Position numbers and translations under genes: made by a program. The notes under the pieces are model-generated. The model made no database searches, was not told where the DNA came from, and saw only the letters and a program-made list of their open reading frames with translations. A DNA stretch of 64,000 nt from positions 116,312,001 through 116,376,000 of the forward strand of contig OX597817.1 in NCBI GenBank assembly GCA_951406725.2, read 5' to 3'. Of the stretch, positions 1 to 12,856 are shown one piece after another (position 1 is the stretch's first letter; each line of letters begins with the position of its first letter). The stretch is from Octopus vulgaris (taxonomy: Eukaryota).

Positions 1-299
1 TGAACCCAAAACGTCAATGAAATCACGCTCCTGCCACGAAGTACGGCTTGCTCAAAAGTAAATAAACCTTCTGGGGCAAGACACACTTTATTGAAACATT
101 TCTAATATTTCACAATATTTATTTTATCGACCTTTCAAATATTTAAAAGAAACTTAATATTTGGCAAGACGTGGTTTTAGAATCATAAAGCACAGAGCGA
201 CATATCATAAATCATATTGCTGTCTGTGTATCATTCAAGACAATTCTAAATAAAAATAAATATATATATATACTTCTGAAATACACTTTGCGTATTTTA

Positions 300-531
300 G
301 TTTAAATGGAGCGTTCAAATATTGATGTCTAAATTTGGCAAAAAGCCACAGGTTTGTAGACAAATGTGTAACGACAAAAGATTGGACTTCGAAAGCATTA
401 ATAATTTTTTTAGTATTTTTGATATCGACCTGTGGGATGATGAAAGCAAAAGCCAACGTTGGCAGAATTTGATCAGAGAAAGTGGAAAACTTTCTAAGAG
501 TCTAATGTTAGAGACACTCCAGCAATGTTAG
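300..531 (+). mobile_element. Possible decayed 3' end of an RTE-type LINE ORF
   Basis: ORF 322-531 (GKKPQ...FDIDLWDDESKSQRWQNLIRESG) loosely resembles the RTE C-terminus pattern GKRPxGRP...IDxxxWExxAxDRxxWRxLIxxG. Recognised by eye only. Confidence 0.35.
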
Positions 532-675
532 AGAAAGTTAACTCTAAAATTATCAAAGGAAGTAAGAAAGTGTTTAATTACAAGAAAATAAATGTATTCA
601 GATGTATTTTGTAAGTTCGTACTTACATAGTTGTTATTCTAACGAGGAAATAATATATCTATCTCCCTCTACATA

Positions 676-743
<68 letters not shown>

Positions 744-1139
744 CATACAGATATATACATGTATATATATTATATATACATATATACATATACATATATA
801 TGTGTGTGCGTGCGTGTGCGGCGTGTGTGTTTGCATGTATGTATGTTTTAATCGATTTGCTTTTCGCAGGAAGGAAAGTTTCTTATTCGAAGACAGGTCT
901 CGCCTTCACCTTCGAAACGTAGAGTAGATGAAACCATGGCGACTGAAAAAAGGCTTTTTTCTTTGTGTTAATTGTCCTCTACTCTATTTTTTTGTTGTTT
1001 AAAAAAATGTCTGTTTTCGTTTCTCATTGTGTTCGACGTTTTTTGTTTGGTGTCCTGTACTCGTATATGCGTGTATATATACATGTAGAGGTAGGTACGT
1101 ACATATATGTATATATATATATGCATATGTTTTTATTTA

Positions 1140-1290
<151 letters not shown>

Positions 1291-1429
1291 AGAAAGAAAG
1301 AAGAAGAATATGAGGGGTTTAGTTCACTTGTGATCTAGATGAATAGTTAGACTGAGTAAGTGCTATAATTAGCCGCCCGTTAGGTTCCAAGTTCACAGCT
1401 GAGGTTAGAACTACGGATCCGTAGCAGGT

Positions 1430-1883
1430 ATATTGGATAAAAAAGGATAAAAAAAGCAAAGGTGGGACGATTATCTCAAGTCATTTACACTGTTCAATTA
1501 GAATAATGTGAATTTAAGGTGATTAATTAATTAAATAATTAATTATTGGCTAGCATATCCATACACTGGGTATTCCATCATCTCAAGGTGAGTTTGTATG
1601 AAAGTTCTAGACTGGGGATTCACAATTTATAAAGGAATAAAATTGAAGATAGAAGAATACAGACAGGAGAATAACTTCGAATTCCCTGTCTAGAACTTTC
1701 GTACATATTCCAGTATATGGAGATGCTAACCTATGACTTGGGATATATCGGAAACAGCTGTAAGACATCCACATAATTAATTAATTAATTAATTAATTAC
1801 CTCAGATTGGTCTTACTCTATTTAAATATTCTAAATGACTTGAGATAAACATCCTACCTCGCTTGTGTTGTCTTTTTCCTCCA

Positions 1884-1885
<2 letters not shown>
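1430..1885. repeat. Imperfect fold-back (inverted repeat) element ending at (TA)n
   Basis: ttatctcaagtcattta (~1471) pairs with taaatgacttgagataa (~1832); gtatgaaagttctagac (~1596) pairs with gtctagaactttcgtac (~1688). The right arm carries GAAACAGCTGTA (1751-1762), an HHR-like 3' half. Confidence 0.75.
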
Positions 1886-1934
<49 letters not shown>

Positions 1935-2204
1935 ATATATGATATAAACAGAGTTAGCAGTTGTAGGAACCGACTAAGGGATAAAATATCCGCACGTATT
2001 TTCAATATCCGTTACCTGTGTTATCCTCGGTCTATGGTTTGCAAGGATATCATATACACCGAGCGCAGGTGAGAGTAGGATAAACAACAGTTTATCAGGA
2101 ACCAATGCAAATAATCAGAAAATGGAGATAAACATAGATTAACCAGTACATCGATTGGACCACATTTAAAGCTTGTTTATTAATACAAAGCAAGAGATAA
2201 CAAT

Positions 2205-2306
2205 GCTAACTGCTGTTTCTGATCGAAATGCTGTCAATACATGCGAGAATAAAATTCTTGATCTTTATAGGGCATTCGAATTAAGGCAATTGATCTTCAT
2301 CAGAGT
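2205..2306 (-). ncRNA. Degenerate hammerhead-like motif with long helix II
   Basis: Minus strand: CTGATGA-A-GATC...GATC-A-GAAA-CAGCAGT-TA. Helix I is not convincing. Confidence 0.35.
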
Positions 2307-2999
2307 GAAAAACAAGAGCATATAATACAAGCAAAACGGAGGAGTAAGAAGTAAGAAAACATGGTTTAGACTAATAGTCTAAAATCCCAATATGTTAATT
2401 GCACATAATTATTTAGCATCCGAGCTGAAAGAACGTAGATGAGAGAATGAGCTATTAAAGGACTAGGGAATACTACAAGTTATTAACGGGAAGGTGCAGG
2501 TAGGAGGTGGGGTCAGACTGTTAAAGTAAGAAGTCATTCAGAAGCTCTGTGTAAATAAGATACTAATATAATTCTCAAAGGTGAAATCTCTGTTAAACGG
2601 AATTAAACATAAGTAAAGTTTTAAAAATTTCACGTAGGTTGCTAAATAAAAATTTACTCAATGCAAATTAATGCCAAGAATCCCCTCTATAGAACACAAT
2701 GGAATAAGTCCAAGTCCAGTGGTCTCTACATTGGTCAGTAACAATTTAAAACAAGTTACAAGTTAAAACCATTACAAAAGGTTTGTTTATAGATAAACAA
2801 TAAAAAGAAAGGAAGGAAAAAAGGTTAGGGATATAAGACAATGAGTAGAATTTAAGGGCCGCTTATGTCCAACAATCTCTTAACTGTATTACATATGAGA
2901 GGGAACATAGAGACCAGCAATTAAGTGGAGACACACACACAAACACACACGCGCTCGCGCACATACACACACGCGCTCGCGCACATACACACATATATA

Positions 3000-3138
3000 G
3001 AACGAGCTGCTCTTAATTTGCGTCAACGAAATCCACTCACAAGGATTTGGTCGGCCCGAGGTTATAATAGAAGACACTTGCCCAAAGTGTCACGCAGTGG
3101 GTCTGAACCCAGAGTCATGCGGTTGAAACACAAGCTTC
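3000..3138 (-). mobile_element. tRNA-derived SINE family A, 5' part (decayed)
   Basis: Reverse complement matches 45509-45672 (gggttca..ccactgcgtg..ttgggcaagtgtcttcta..gggccgacc). Confidence 0.85.
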
Positions 3139-3261
3139 TTTATTTCATAAATTGCCTAAGGAAGCCGTTCGTAGATAGGACAAACAAGGACAAGTAAACA
3201 TAGAGGGTGAAGAAGTTGCTTATTACGTATGAAAAAGTTTCGAATAATAAAATATGTCATT

Positions 3262-3449
3262 ATTTACATTATTTATAATTGATGGATATTTGTCCTCATC
3301 TTGTTTCTTGTTAACACAACGTTTCGGGTGATATAACCCCAAGCCTTAATCGGGTGTCTTGGGGAAATTCCAAACCTGGTTTCTCATTCCTAAGGTATTT
3401 TTCGATGTTGTTGTTGTTGTTATTGTTATTATTATCATTATTATTATTA

Positions 3450-3516
<67 letters not shown>

Positions 3517-3624
3517 CATTATTATTATTAGTAGTAGTAGTAGTAGTAGTAGTATTCAGGACACTGCCTGCAATCGAACTCGGAATCTTGGGGTTAGTAG
3601 CCCGCATTACACCATATGCCATGC
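3262..3624 (-). mobile_element. tRNA-headed short element with (AAT)n spacer and 3' hammerhead motif (family E, copy 1)
   Basis: Minus strand: tRNA-like head at 3561-3624 (anticodon-like arm GGG-CTACTAA-CCC, box B-like GAGTTCGATTGC), then (AAT)n, then a mutated HHR at 3313-3358. Colinear with 11025-11290. Confidence 0.75.
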
Positions 3625-3769
3625 TGTTTAAAATTATATCTTCGTTTTTTCTTTTAAAAATTTCAATATAAACTTGGTGATCGTTGCAAATTTTGCAATG
3701 TGTGTCTAATGAAAGGCATCCAACTTCCTGGTTCGAAACTTTACATATCCTTCTAGCCTCACTCTCCTG

Positions 3770-5830
3770 GTTCCAGTCACTCGCAGCTTATTGATTTCTT
3801 GCTTCCATCTTTTCGCGAATATAACCTGTGTCAGTTATCTCTTCCCCAGCCTGATGTTGCTATCGAGGCGGTAACTAAATACGTTAACCAAACTATGGCC
3901 CGAGACGAAGGTACCTGTCACTAAATCTCTAACACGCGTCTTCCATACTGTTTCTTTCAGTATGGCTAGTACGCAGAAAAAACAAGCCTTCCTTTCCCTG
4001 TTAAGGGAAGGAGGCGGCACGATCTTGATAATAGACTCAGCCGACACCTGTACTCTTCCTATCGTTGACAACATTTACTCGACAAAAGCTATCAGTCCCG
4101 ATGATTTCGGACACTCCACGAAGGCGTGCAAGACAGTTTCTCTGTCCCGCCTGCATCTCGAGCATGTCGGTGAGACGGAACTTCCGTGCATTTACAGCTT
4201 ATCTCGAACAGGCAAAGCTGAACTGTAGCACTGCCAAGCCAATGATTTCTGGTAATTATCCTGATACCACGTCCCGGAAGTTCTCTTGAACAGGTTGATC
4301 AACTAATTTCTATCGAAGGATTCCACTAACCCGCTATAGAAATCCGCAGTGAAACTCCTGTTGCCGGTATTGCCCACCGGAGAGATTAGCTGGAGTGCCT
4401 GACGGTACTACACATTCCATTCTGCAGCCTAGGTCTTCGTTCTATCCATAGTTCAATGTCTATTAAGGACGTCAACTGTGGAAGGTAGAACCTTACATGC
4501 GGTGACCACACCTGTTCCTCATCCAAGTAAAGCCAGAGGTGACTTAACCTTAATGTGAATTTTCGCATCTTCAGCCAAGGCATCCCTAGCCCACCGTTTA
4601 GCCGTTTTTGGCAGCAGACTGAGCGCCTCACAAGTGGCTTTCCTTCCTTCCAGAAATAGTGGAAAAGGATTGTTTCCAGCTTCTTCAGCCAGGAATCGGG
4701 GCGAGGCACAACGGTCAGTCGGTAGGTGATGACAGATGCTATGAACATCGGCAGCATCTTCGTCCTCCCTAGCAAGGATAACGCCCGTCAAGACCAGGTT
4801 TGGGTTAGAGATGTCACCTTGCCCGTGACGCGCTCCAATTCTTTTCTATTTGGAGATCTGGACCGAACCATACCCTTAGCAGCTTAACCGGACCTTGCGT
4901 CCAACGCTTCACGACGTTGTCGGACGACATCGACTTGCCCCTCCAGGTGCCGAGTTACAAGCCGACCGACTTGTCCTGGTCAACCTTTGCTCCTGCCACT
5001 CTTTCGTATACTCTGATGGCGTTTTCAACGTAAGGAAGTTGCCCTTCTTCAGACACGATGACGGAGATGTTATCCGCATACGCAGTATCTTCTGTTCCAC
5101 ACAACAGATCACGTAGCACGCCTTCTAACGCCTGAGCAATGGCTCAAGCGCCAATACATACAAAAGCGGTGACAGGTGGCATACCTGGCGTATAGAGTGT
5201 TCAACCTTGAACGGTTTTGAAAAGAACGGTTAACTCGGACGATTGACTCAATGTCACTTTTCAAAGCAGCAATCCAAACGCCTCCCCGAGGACCGCCGTC
5301 AGGTACCGATGGTCGACCCTATCAAATGCTTTAGACTGGTCTAAATGCACCAGTGATCCACCTTTGGCAAAATTTTCCCAACCCTTTCTAAGGAGTAGCC
5401 TATAAGATGGAGATTATCGTGAATTGACCTGCCCAGGATAGCACACGTTTGCGCCTCCCCAACAGGTCTGTCCACAACACGCGCCAACCTTCTTGCCAAC
5501 ACCTCGATCAAAATCTTTACCTCTGTATTTATCAGACCTATGGGCCGAAAATTACTTATGATATACACTTGTTCGGGTTCTTTCTGATCAACGTTACTCC
5601 TCCCGGCTCGCAGATCTGGAATTCTCCCATTCTGCTGCCAGTTGGAGTAGACGCTGGCCATTACATGCCCAAATAAGTCTGACATACTTTTGTAAAACTC
5701 ATAAGGTAGACCACCAAGACACGGCAACTCCCAAGGTTTACGGGTAGAAACTTCATCTATTTTTAACGGTGTTGCTGAGTGCAGCCTGGCGGTAGCTACC
5801 TCCCGGAACTGTACCTCCACTGTTCTAAAC
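3770..5830 (-). mobile_element. Decayed Tx1/L1-clade LINE, ORF2 reverse transcriptase and C-terminal zinc-knuckle region
   Basis: Frameshifted RT motifs: GLPYEFY, NFRPIGLINTEVKIL, QTCAILGRSIHDN, KAFDRVDHRY, LSPLLYVLALEPLL, AYADNI (YADD position), GGLGMP. Further downstream TCSRC...ETVLHAFVEC. Confidence 0.92.
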
Positions 5831-6194
5831 TTTTTTCATCTCACCAAGTAGGAAATGCCTTACCAGATTGGTTTCAGAGCCTTGTCAACTTGAAACGTCA
5901 GTATGACTACTATTTTCCTGGCTGCTACTGAGTACGTCCCGTGAATAATTGTTTTTTCTTGTTTTTCAGTTAAAACATTTTTTGGGAGGGAAAACCTTCC
6001 CGACTCCTCACCCAACGTCCCTCAAGAGAGCAAACGTCGCACAACACAAAGAAAAAAAAACCTGAGTTAGTCGCAAAACCAACAATCCAACTGACAAATG
6101 CTATTCCGGAAGCAAGCTTCTTATCACACAGTCACTCCTGCGCCTATATATATATATATATATATATATATGCATGTATATATGTATGTATGTG

Positions 6195-6253
<59 letters not shown>

Positions 6254-7330
6254 GTTATTTTCTCAGCAGAGTCGTCCTTTACCACATTTCCGACAACCGG
6301 CCGAGTATACGCGTGGAGACATTCAAAGAAGCATTTGACCCAGACTACCTTCTTCCAACCGTTAAATTTTGTCCTTTCTTCAGCTAAAACAGTCTCCACT
6401 TCTTGTAGAGATGATTGAGGAGGATTTCGACTCATTGTTTTTCTAAAATGCACCATATATATTCAATAATACTGAGATCTTGGGACTGTGGTCGCCAGAT
6501 AAGATTTTCAACTTCACTAGAATGTTCCTCGTGCAATTCAGTAACAACTTTAGCTCTGTAAATTGGTTCATTATCATCCTGAAAGATTGCGTTTCCCTGC
6601 GGAAACAGTTCCGCAACCACAGGATGAATTTGATCAGATAAGATTTTGAATAGTCTTGACTATTAATTCTGCAATGTAGGGAAAATCTTGGTCGGGAGGC
6701 TTTCCAAGATATAGCCCCCCACATCATAGATCCGCCTTCATGTTTAACGGTTGGAAGAAGGTAGTCTGGGTCAAATGCTTCTTTGGATGTCTCCAGGCGT
6801 ATACTCGGCCGGTTGTCGGAAATGTGGTAAAGGACGACTCTGCTGAGAAAATAACAATCATCCACTGTTCTAGGAACCAAATTTGTAGGTTTTTACTCAA
6901 CTCTTAAAGCTTTGCAACGTTTGTTTTTGAAAGTAGTGGTTTTCCGATTGCAGCCCTTCCGTGAAATCCGGCTTTGTGCAGCTCCTGGCGAACAGTTTTT
7001 GGGAAAACTGTGTTCACGAGGTGGTCATTTGCATCAGAGTCCGATGGTCCCTCTCTGAAAGTTTTGGTTTTCTTCCGGAGTTTTCTTTCGCCGCCATACG
7101 AGCATAAAAAATATGATCTCTTTGAAAGTTCGATAGATCTGTCAATGTTAATGAACTTTAATTACCGTTTTCTACTGATACTTGAAAAGATTTTAGCAAA
7201 ATATATTAAGCAACACTAATAATGAATAAAAAAACATAAAAATGAACAAGCTCTTCGCGGTTTTATAGATATTTCAAAATTATGATTCTATGATGCTAGG
7301 TGTTTCTATTATTTTGTCCAGCCCCTGTAT
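6254..7330 (-). mobile_element. Decayed Tc1-family DNA transposon with inverted duplication at its 3' end
   Basis: DDE motifs FSAES(FSDES), TVKHEGGSMMWGAIS, FQDDNEP, WRPQSQDLSIIEYIW. Tc1-type terminus TACAGGGGCTGGACAAAATAATAGAAACACC at ~7299-7330. 6254-6366 is an inverted copy of 6743-6856. Confidence 0.9.
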
Positions 7331-7360
7331 ATATGTATACATATATACGTACTCACACAC

Positions 7361-7415
<55 letters not shown>

Positions 7416-7546
7416 TATATGGGTACAGGACGTCACAAACAGTAAACGACATTACATACGAAAACAAATAATTTGAATATGCAAATAACGAAAGAAACAT
7501 GGAAAACAGAAGTAACATAAAGAACGACCATATGTATGTATGTTTG

Positions 7547-7985
<439 letters not shown>

Positions 7986-7989
7986 TTTA

Positions 7990-8021
<32 letters not shown>

Positions 8022-8069
8022 ATTTATGTATATATATATATATATATATATAGTAAGTCCCCCACCCAA

Positions 8070-8245
8070 AAAAAACCAAGAAAAAACACAAAACAGCAAC
8101 AACGCGAGGACGTGGTACATGTAAAGTATTAACAGACGCTCAGGGAAGGAAAGAAAGGTGGTTTTACGTTTCGGGCAAAGCTCTTCTTCAGAAACAGGAG
8201 AGTCTAATAGAAAAGGAAGACGGAAGGAAAATTCGCCAACGATTA
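8070..8245 (-). mobile_element. PLE-type terminal repeat (family F) with minimal hammerhead at 8161-8195
   Basis: gttt-CTGAAGA-A-GAGC-TTT-GCCC-GAAA-CG-TA-aaac. Homologous to 12460-12600 and 41165-41360. Confidence 0.75.
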
Positions 8246-9647
8246 TATATAGGTAACTCTCCTCATATATATGTATAACTAGATAGATAGACAGGGAGAG
8301 AAAGAGAGAGAGGGAGGGAGTGTGTGTGACAGAGAGAGAGAGAGAGAGAGAGAGAGTATGAGTACAAATAAGGAATCAATATCCGTAAGGCATTTCGTTC
8401 CAAATACTACCGTTTCACTCTCACAGTTTATCATCTAATCAATTTTTACTGTATAGTAAAAGCGAGGTTTTCTTTCTTTGTTTTAGACGGGAAGGAAAGC
8501 AACGCCTATAAACTACTAGACTGCACGTTAATTATCAGGTGGCGATTTTAATTATCGGATGGGGATTTTATACTGGGTGACAAATAACGCTTAACACCCT
8601 ACTATTCTGTGGCGTGATTTTAACTCAGAGGGCGAAGAAACGAAACAAAATCCGAAACCATATACTCTATCGTTCTCCTCAGATAAGCGATCTCGTTGTA
8701 TCTATACCGATGGAATGAAAGGAATTAATCTCTACCGTGTTGGAACTCAGAGTAGAAAATATTCAGAAAAAGTACTGCGAAGAATTTGTTGCAGTGTTCT
8801 TACGACTTAGTTAATATTTTGCTTGTAAAACTAATATAAAAAAATTATTCAAATTTCCCTTCGATATTTGTATATCTAATGCTAGTATTGGGGAAAGATG
8901 GTTCTGCAATTTCTTACTGAGCAATCTGCACAGAAGAATTGTATTCAGTGACCAAATGTTCTGGGTACTCATTATCTCATTCCCTCCGCCAAATCGACTT
9001 TGCCTGAGCAGGTGCACGTTGTGCCACACGTCAATTGTCGAAGTGATCTCAAAGTATGATAAAGCGCATTGATCGAGAATGCAACAACTAGGCCCATACA
9101 CCATTATCGTCGTATACGTAATAATAGGGAAATAAAAATACGCTCTTTTGATTTCGTGAATTTTATATTTCCATGCAAGATAACAAATAGAAACATAATC
9201 GTATATATTTCACTCTTAAATATCTAAATTCAGCAAGAACCGGGTTGATGAAAACTAAGAGGTATAAAGAAGAAAGAGTATACTGGAAGAATAAAGAGAA
9301 AATTAATTTTAAAAGACTACTGATTTACAGGCTTTGAGTCTGTAAAAGATTTACATTAGCTGTAAACGTAATACGATTTTCTTAAACGCGCTCCTTTCTA
9401 TCACAACCTTATTTTTGAGGTAGATAAACTATTTTACATAAATCTTCAGCCAGTAAGGCAACCAATTCAACTATTTGTCAGTTAAATATATTATTTTCCA
9501 TTTACGTATTCCCAGATTTGCAACAAATGTCAAATTAAAGCTAGTAATATATATTTTCTTTATTGCGAATGGAAATAATTCACGGAAAGTTACTGTTTAA
9601 ATTTGTTTATGTACGATGGACTTTTGAATAGAATATAACACTGTAAT

Positions 9648-10892
9648 ATTGGTTTCAAATTTTGACAAGTTCGTGGAAGGGGTTACCTCGATTACATCGA
9701 CCAATGACTCCAATTGTTTGAAAGGCAAAGTTGACCTAGGTGGAATTCGAACGCAGAACGTAAAGGTGGACGCCGTGCCGCTAAGCATTCTGCCGGACGT
9801 GCAAATTATTGTGCCAGCTCGCTTCCGTTCATAACAGTTTAATATTAGTTAGATATAAGGCGGTGCAATCGTTATCACGCCAGGCAAACTGCTTAGCGGC
9901 ATTTCGTACATCTTTACTTTCTGAGTTCAAACTCCACCAATGTTGACTTTGCTTTTCATCATTCCGGGTTCGATAAAGTAAGTGCCAGCAGAGCCCTGGG
10001 GTCGACATAATTGACTTACATCACCCCAGAAAGTTCTGACCTTCTGTCAAAATTTGAAACCAATATTAGTGGGAACAATAAGGCGGCAAGCTGTCAAAAA
10101 TCATTTCCACGTTGGGAAACAAATTTTGCATTATTTCGTCCTCTTTCCACCGTGCATTTCATCTCTTGACTCGATAAAATAAATACCAGTTGAACACTGG
10201 GGTCGATGTAAAAGATAAAGAAGGCACGGTTTACTGTAATCAATGTATCTCCAGCCAGAAATTGCCGACTTTGCGCCAAATATTTTAAAGCAATATTATT
10301 GTGACAAATAGGCAGCGAGCTGGCAGAATCGTTAGCACGCCAGGCAAAATGCGTAGTGGAATTTCGTCTGCCGCTGCATTCTGAGTTCAAATTCCGCCGA
10401 GGTCCACTTTGCCTTTCATCCTTTCGGGGTCGATTAAATAAATACCAGTTACGCACTGGAGTCGATATAATCGACTTAATCCGTTTGTCTGTCCTTGTTT
10501 GTCCACTCTATGTTTGGCCCCCTTGTGGGTAGTAAAGAAATAGGTATTTCGTCTGCCGTTACGTACTGAGTTCAAATTCGGCCAAGGTCGACTTTGGCTT
10601 TCATACTTTCGGAGTCGATAAATTAAGTACCAGTTACGCACTGGAGTCGATATAATCGATTTAATCCGTCTGTCTGTCCTTGTTTGTCTCCTCTGTGCTT
10701 ACCTCCTTGTGGGTAGTAAAGAAATATGTATCTAGTCCGTCTATAAGTTTTGGATTAAAATTCTGCTGCAGTCAACTTTGCCTCTTCCCACTGTCATGAT
10801 CAGTAAAATAAGTGGCAGTTGAGAACTGTGGTCCATATAATCGGTAAAACACCCACACCCCAAATTGCTAGCCTTGTGCCAAAATCAGAAAG
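9648..10892. mobile_element. Cluster of about six tRNA-derived SINE family B copies (one minus, five plus)
   Basis: Repeated ggcggcgagctggcagaa..gttagcacgcc...ctgagttcaaattccgccgaggtcgactttgcctttcatcctttcggggtcgataaa..agtaccag. Approximate copies: 9648-9832(-), 9858-10062, 10081-10290, 10310-10545, 10541-10725, 10755-10892. The central part resembles the Meta/MESC SINE domain (from memory). Confidence 0.9.
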
Positions 10893-11024
10893 TAATATAA
10901 AAATAAATATTGTAAAATTCATCATCTGCCAAAAGTTTTACTATCATGGACACGCATATTCACAAATGTGGTAGATTTTTTATGGTTAGTAGAATCACTA
11001 CATATAATATAAAGTGCAACTATA

Positions 11025-11171
11025 TAAATTATTGTTTACTTTTGCCGGATATTTGTCCTCAACTGTTTGTTGTTAACACAGAATTTCGGCTGATATACCC
11101 TTCCACCTTCATCAGGTATCTTGGAGATATTTTGAACCTGAGTTCTCATTCCTAAGGTATTTTCGGTGTTG

Positions 11172-11249
<78 letters not shown>

Positions 11250-11287
11250 TCTGGAATCGAACTTGGGCTCTTAACACCAAGATTCCG

Positions 11288-11290
<3 letters not shown>
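11025..11290 (-). mobile_element. Family E copy 2 (box B, (AAT)n, hammerhead at 11075-11120)
   Basis: gatac-CTGATGA-A-GGTGG...CAGCC-GAAA-TTCT-gtgtt; box B-like AAGTTCGATTCC; colinear with 3262-3624. Confidence 0.75.
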
Positions 11291-11380
<90 letters not shown>

Positions 11381-12398
11381 GATAGAGAGAGAGATATGAT
11401 CACCCGCTCAAGCGATTACCCCGGAGCAATGCAATCCTTCTTCGCAAGAGTCTCACATTATTCTTTCATTGGACAAAATATCTCATGAACGCCGCAGTTC
11501 GCTCTCTAAACTGACTGATCCTGGCTGGTGATAGCTTGTTATCTTGCCCTCTGCGCAGCATCTAGTGATATTAGGCCTTGATCCAATGAGTTCAATTGCT
11601 GAAGTAATTAGCGTTCAATATGCTACATTCCGTAATTTCAACCTACATTCATTTAGGTATGGCCTTGTGATTAGTGGGTTGCAGTCATTATTGCGGTTTT
11701 GATTTCTGGCCCGAACAATATGTTGTATTCTTGAACAAAACGCTTCATTTCAGGCTGCTCCCGTCATTCAGCTGGGAAAGATGAGTAATCGAGCGAGGGA
11801 TTGGCATCTCCTTCAAGGGTGAATATATTTGCCACAGAATCCGAGGAAAAACCTTTCAGCCTTGTATAAGCACACGCGCGCGCGGACGTATGCACACACG
11901 TACGCGCACACACAGAGAAACACACACACATTCTTATATATACAAGTATGTATATACATAAATACGCATATAGGTGCACGTACACATGCATATATACATA
12001 CTTATACCGGGAAAGTGTAATTAAGTGAAAGTAGTCTGGTCTTTAATGTATACAGTCACAACTGAGTCATGGCGGGATGATTTAAAGATGCTGCAGCTAT
12101 TGTATATATGATATCGAACGATGACATAGAAGTTTGCAAATCATCTACTACAACTACATCACCAGTATATTTAGTTATTAACAATTGATATTTCATTTCT
12201 TGTATATGTTTATATATTGTACCAATTTATATATTAATCTGCAGTTTATTTCAGTTGATGCGTGTAAATGAAGTTATTACTTATATATTTATGCGCAGGC
12301 ACACATGCACATGTATAAATACAGTTATATGTGTGTGTTTGTGTGTCTGTGTGTATATGTGTGAGTGTGCAAGTGTGTCTACTTCCGTGCTTCGCCGA

Positions 12399-12443
<45 letters not shown>

Positions 12444-12459
12444 TTCAATAATGTAACCA

Positions 12460-12600
12460 CATGTGAATCGTTGGCAATTTATTTCCCTCCGCCTTCCTTT
12501 TCTGTTGGATTTTCTTCTGTCACCTGTTTCTGAAGAAGAGCTTTGCTCGAAGCGTAAAACCAGCTTTCTTTCCTTCCCCAAGCGTCTGGTAATACTTTCT
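12460..12600 (+). mobile_element. Family F terminal repeat with hammerhead at 12526-12560 (GAAA->GAAG)
   Basis: gttt-CTGAAGA-A-GAGC-TTT-GCTC-GAAG-CG-TA-aaac. Confidence 0.75.
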
Positions 12601-12717
12601 TTTCTCCTCTCCTTAATTTTATATTCCTGAAGCTCTATCAGAGCGCTACTCGGTTGAGCTGTATAAAGTGGGTGTATATATCACTTATTTCTTCAGCGTT
12701 CTATACATACATATACG

Positions 12718-12770
<53 letters not shown>

Positions 12771-12806
12771 GTGTATATATATATATTCATATATGTAGAT
12801 GTAGGT

Positions 12807-12856
<50 letters not shown>

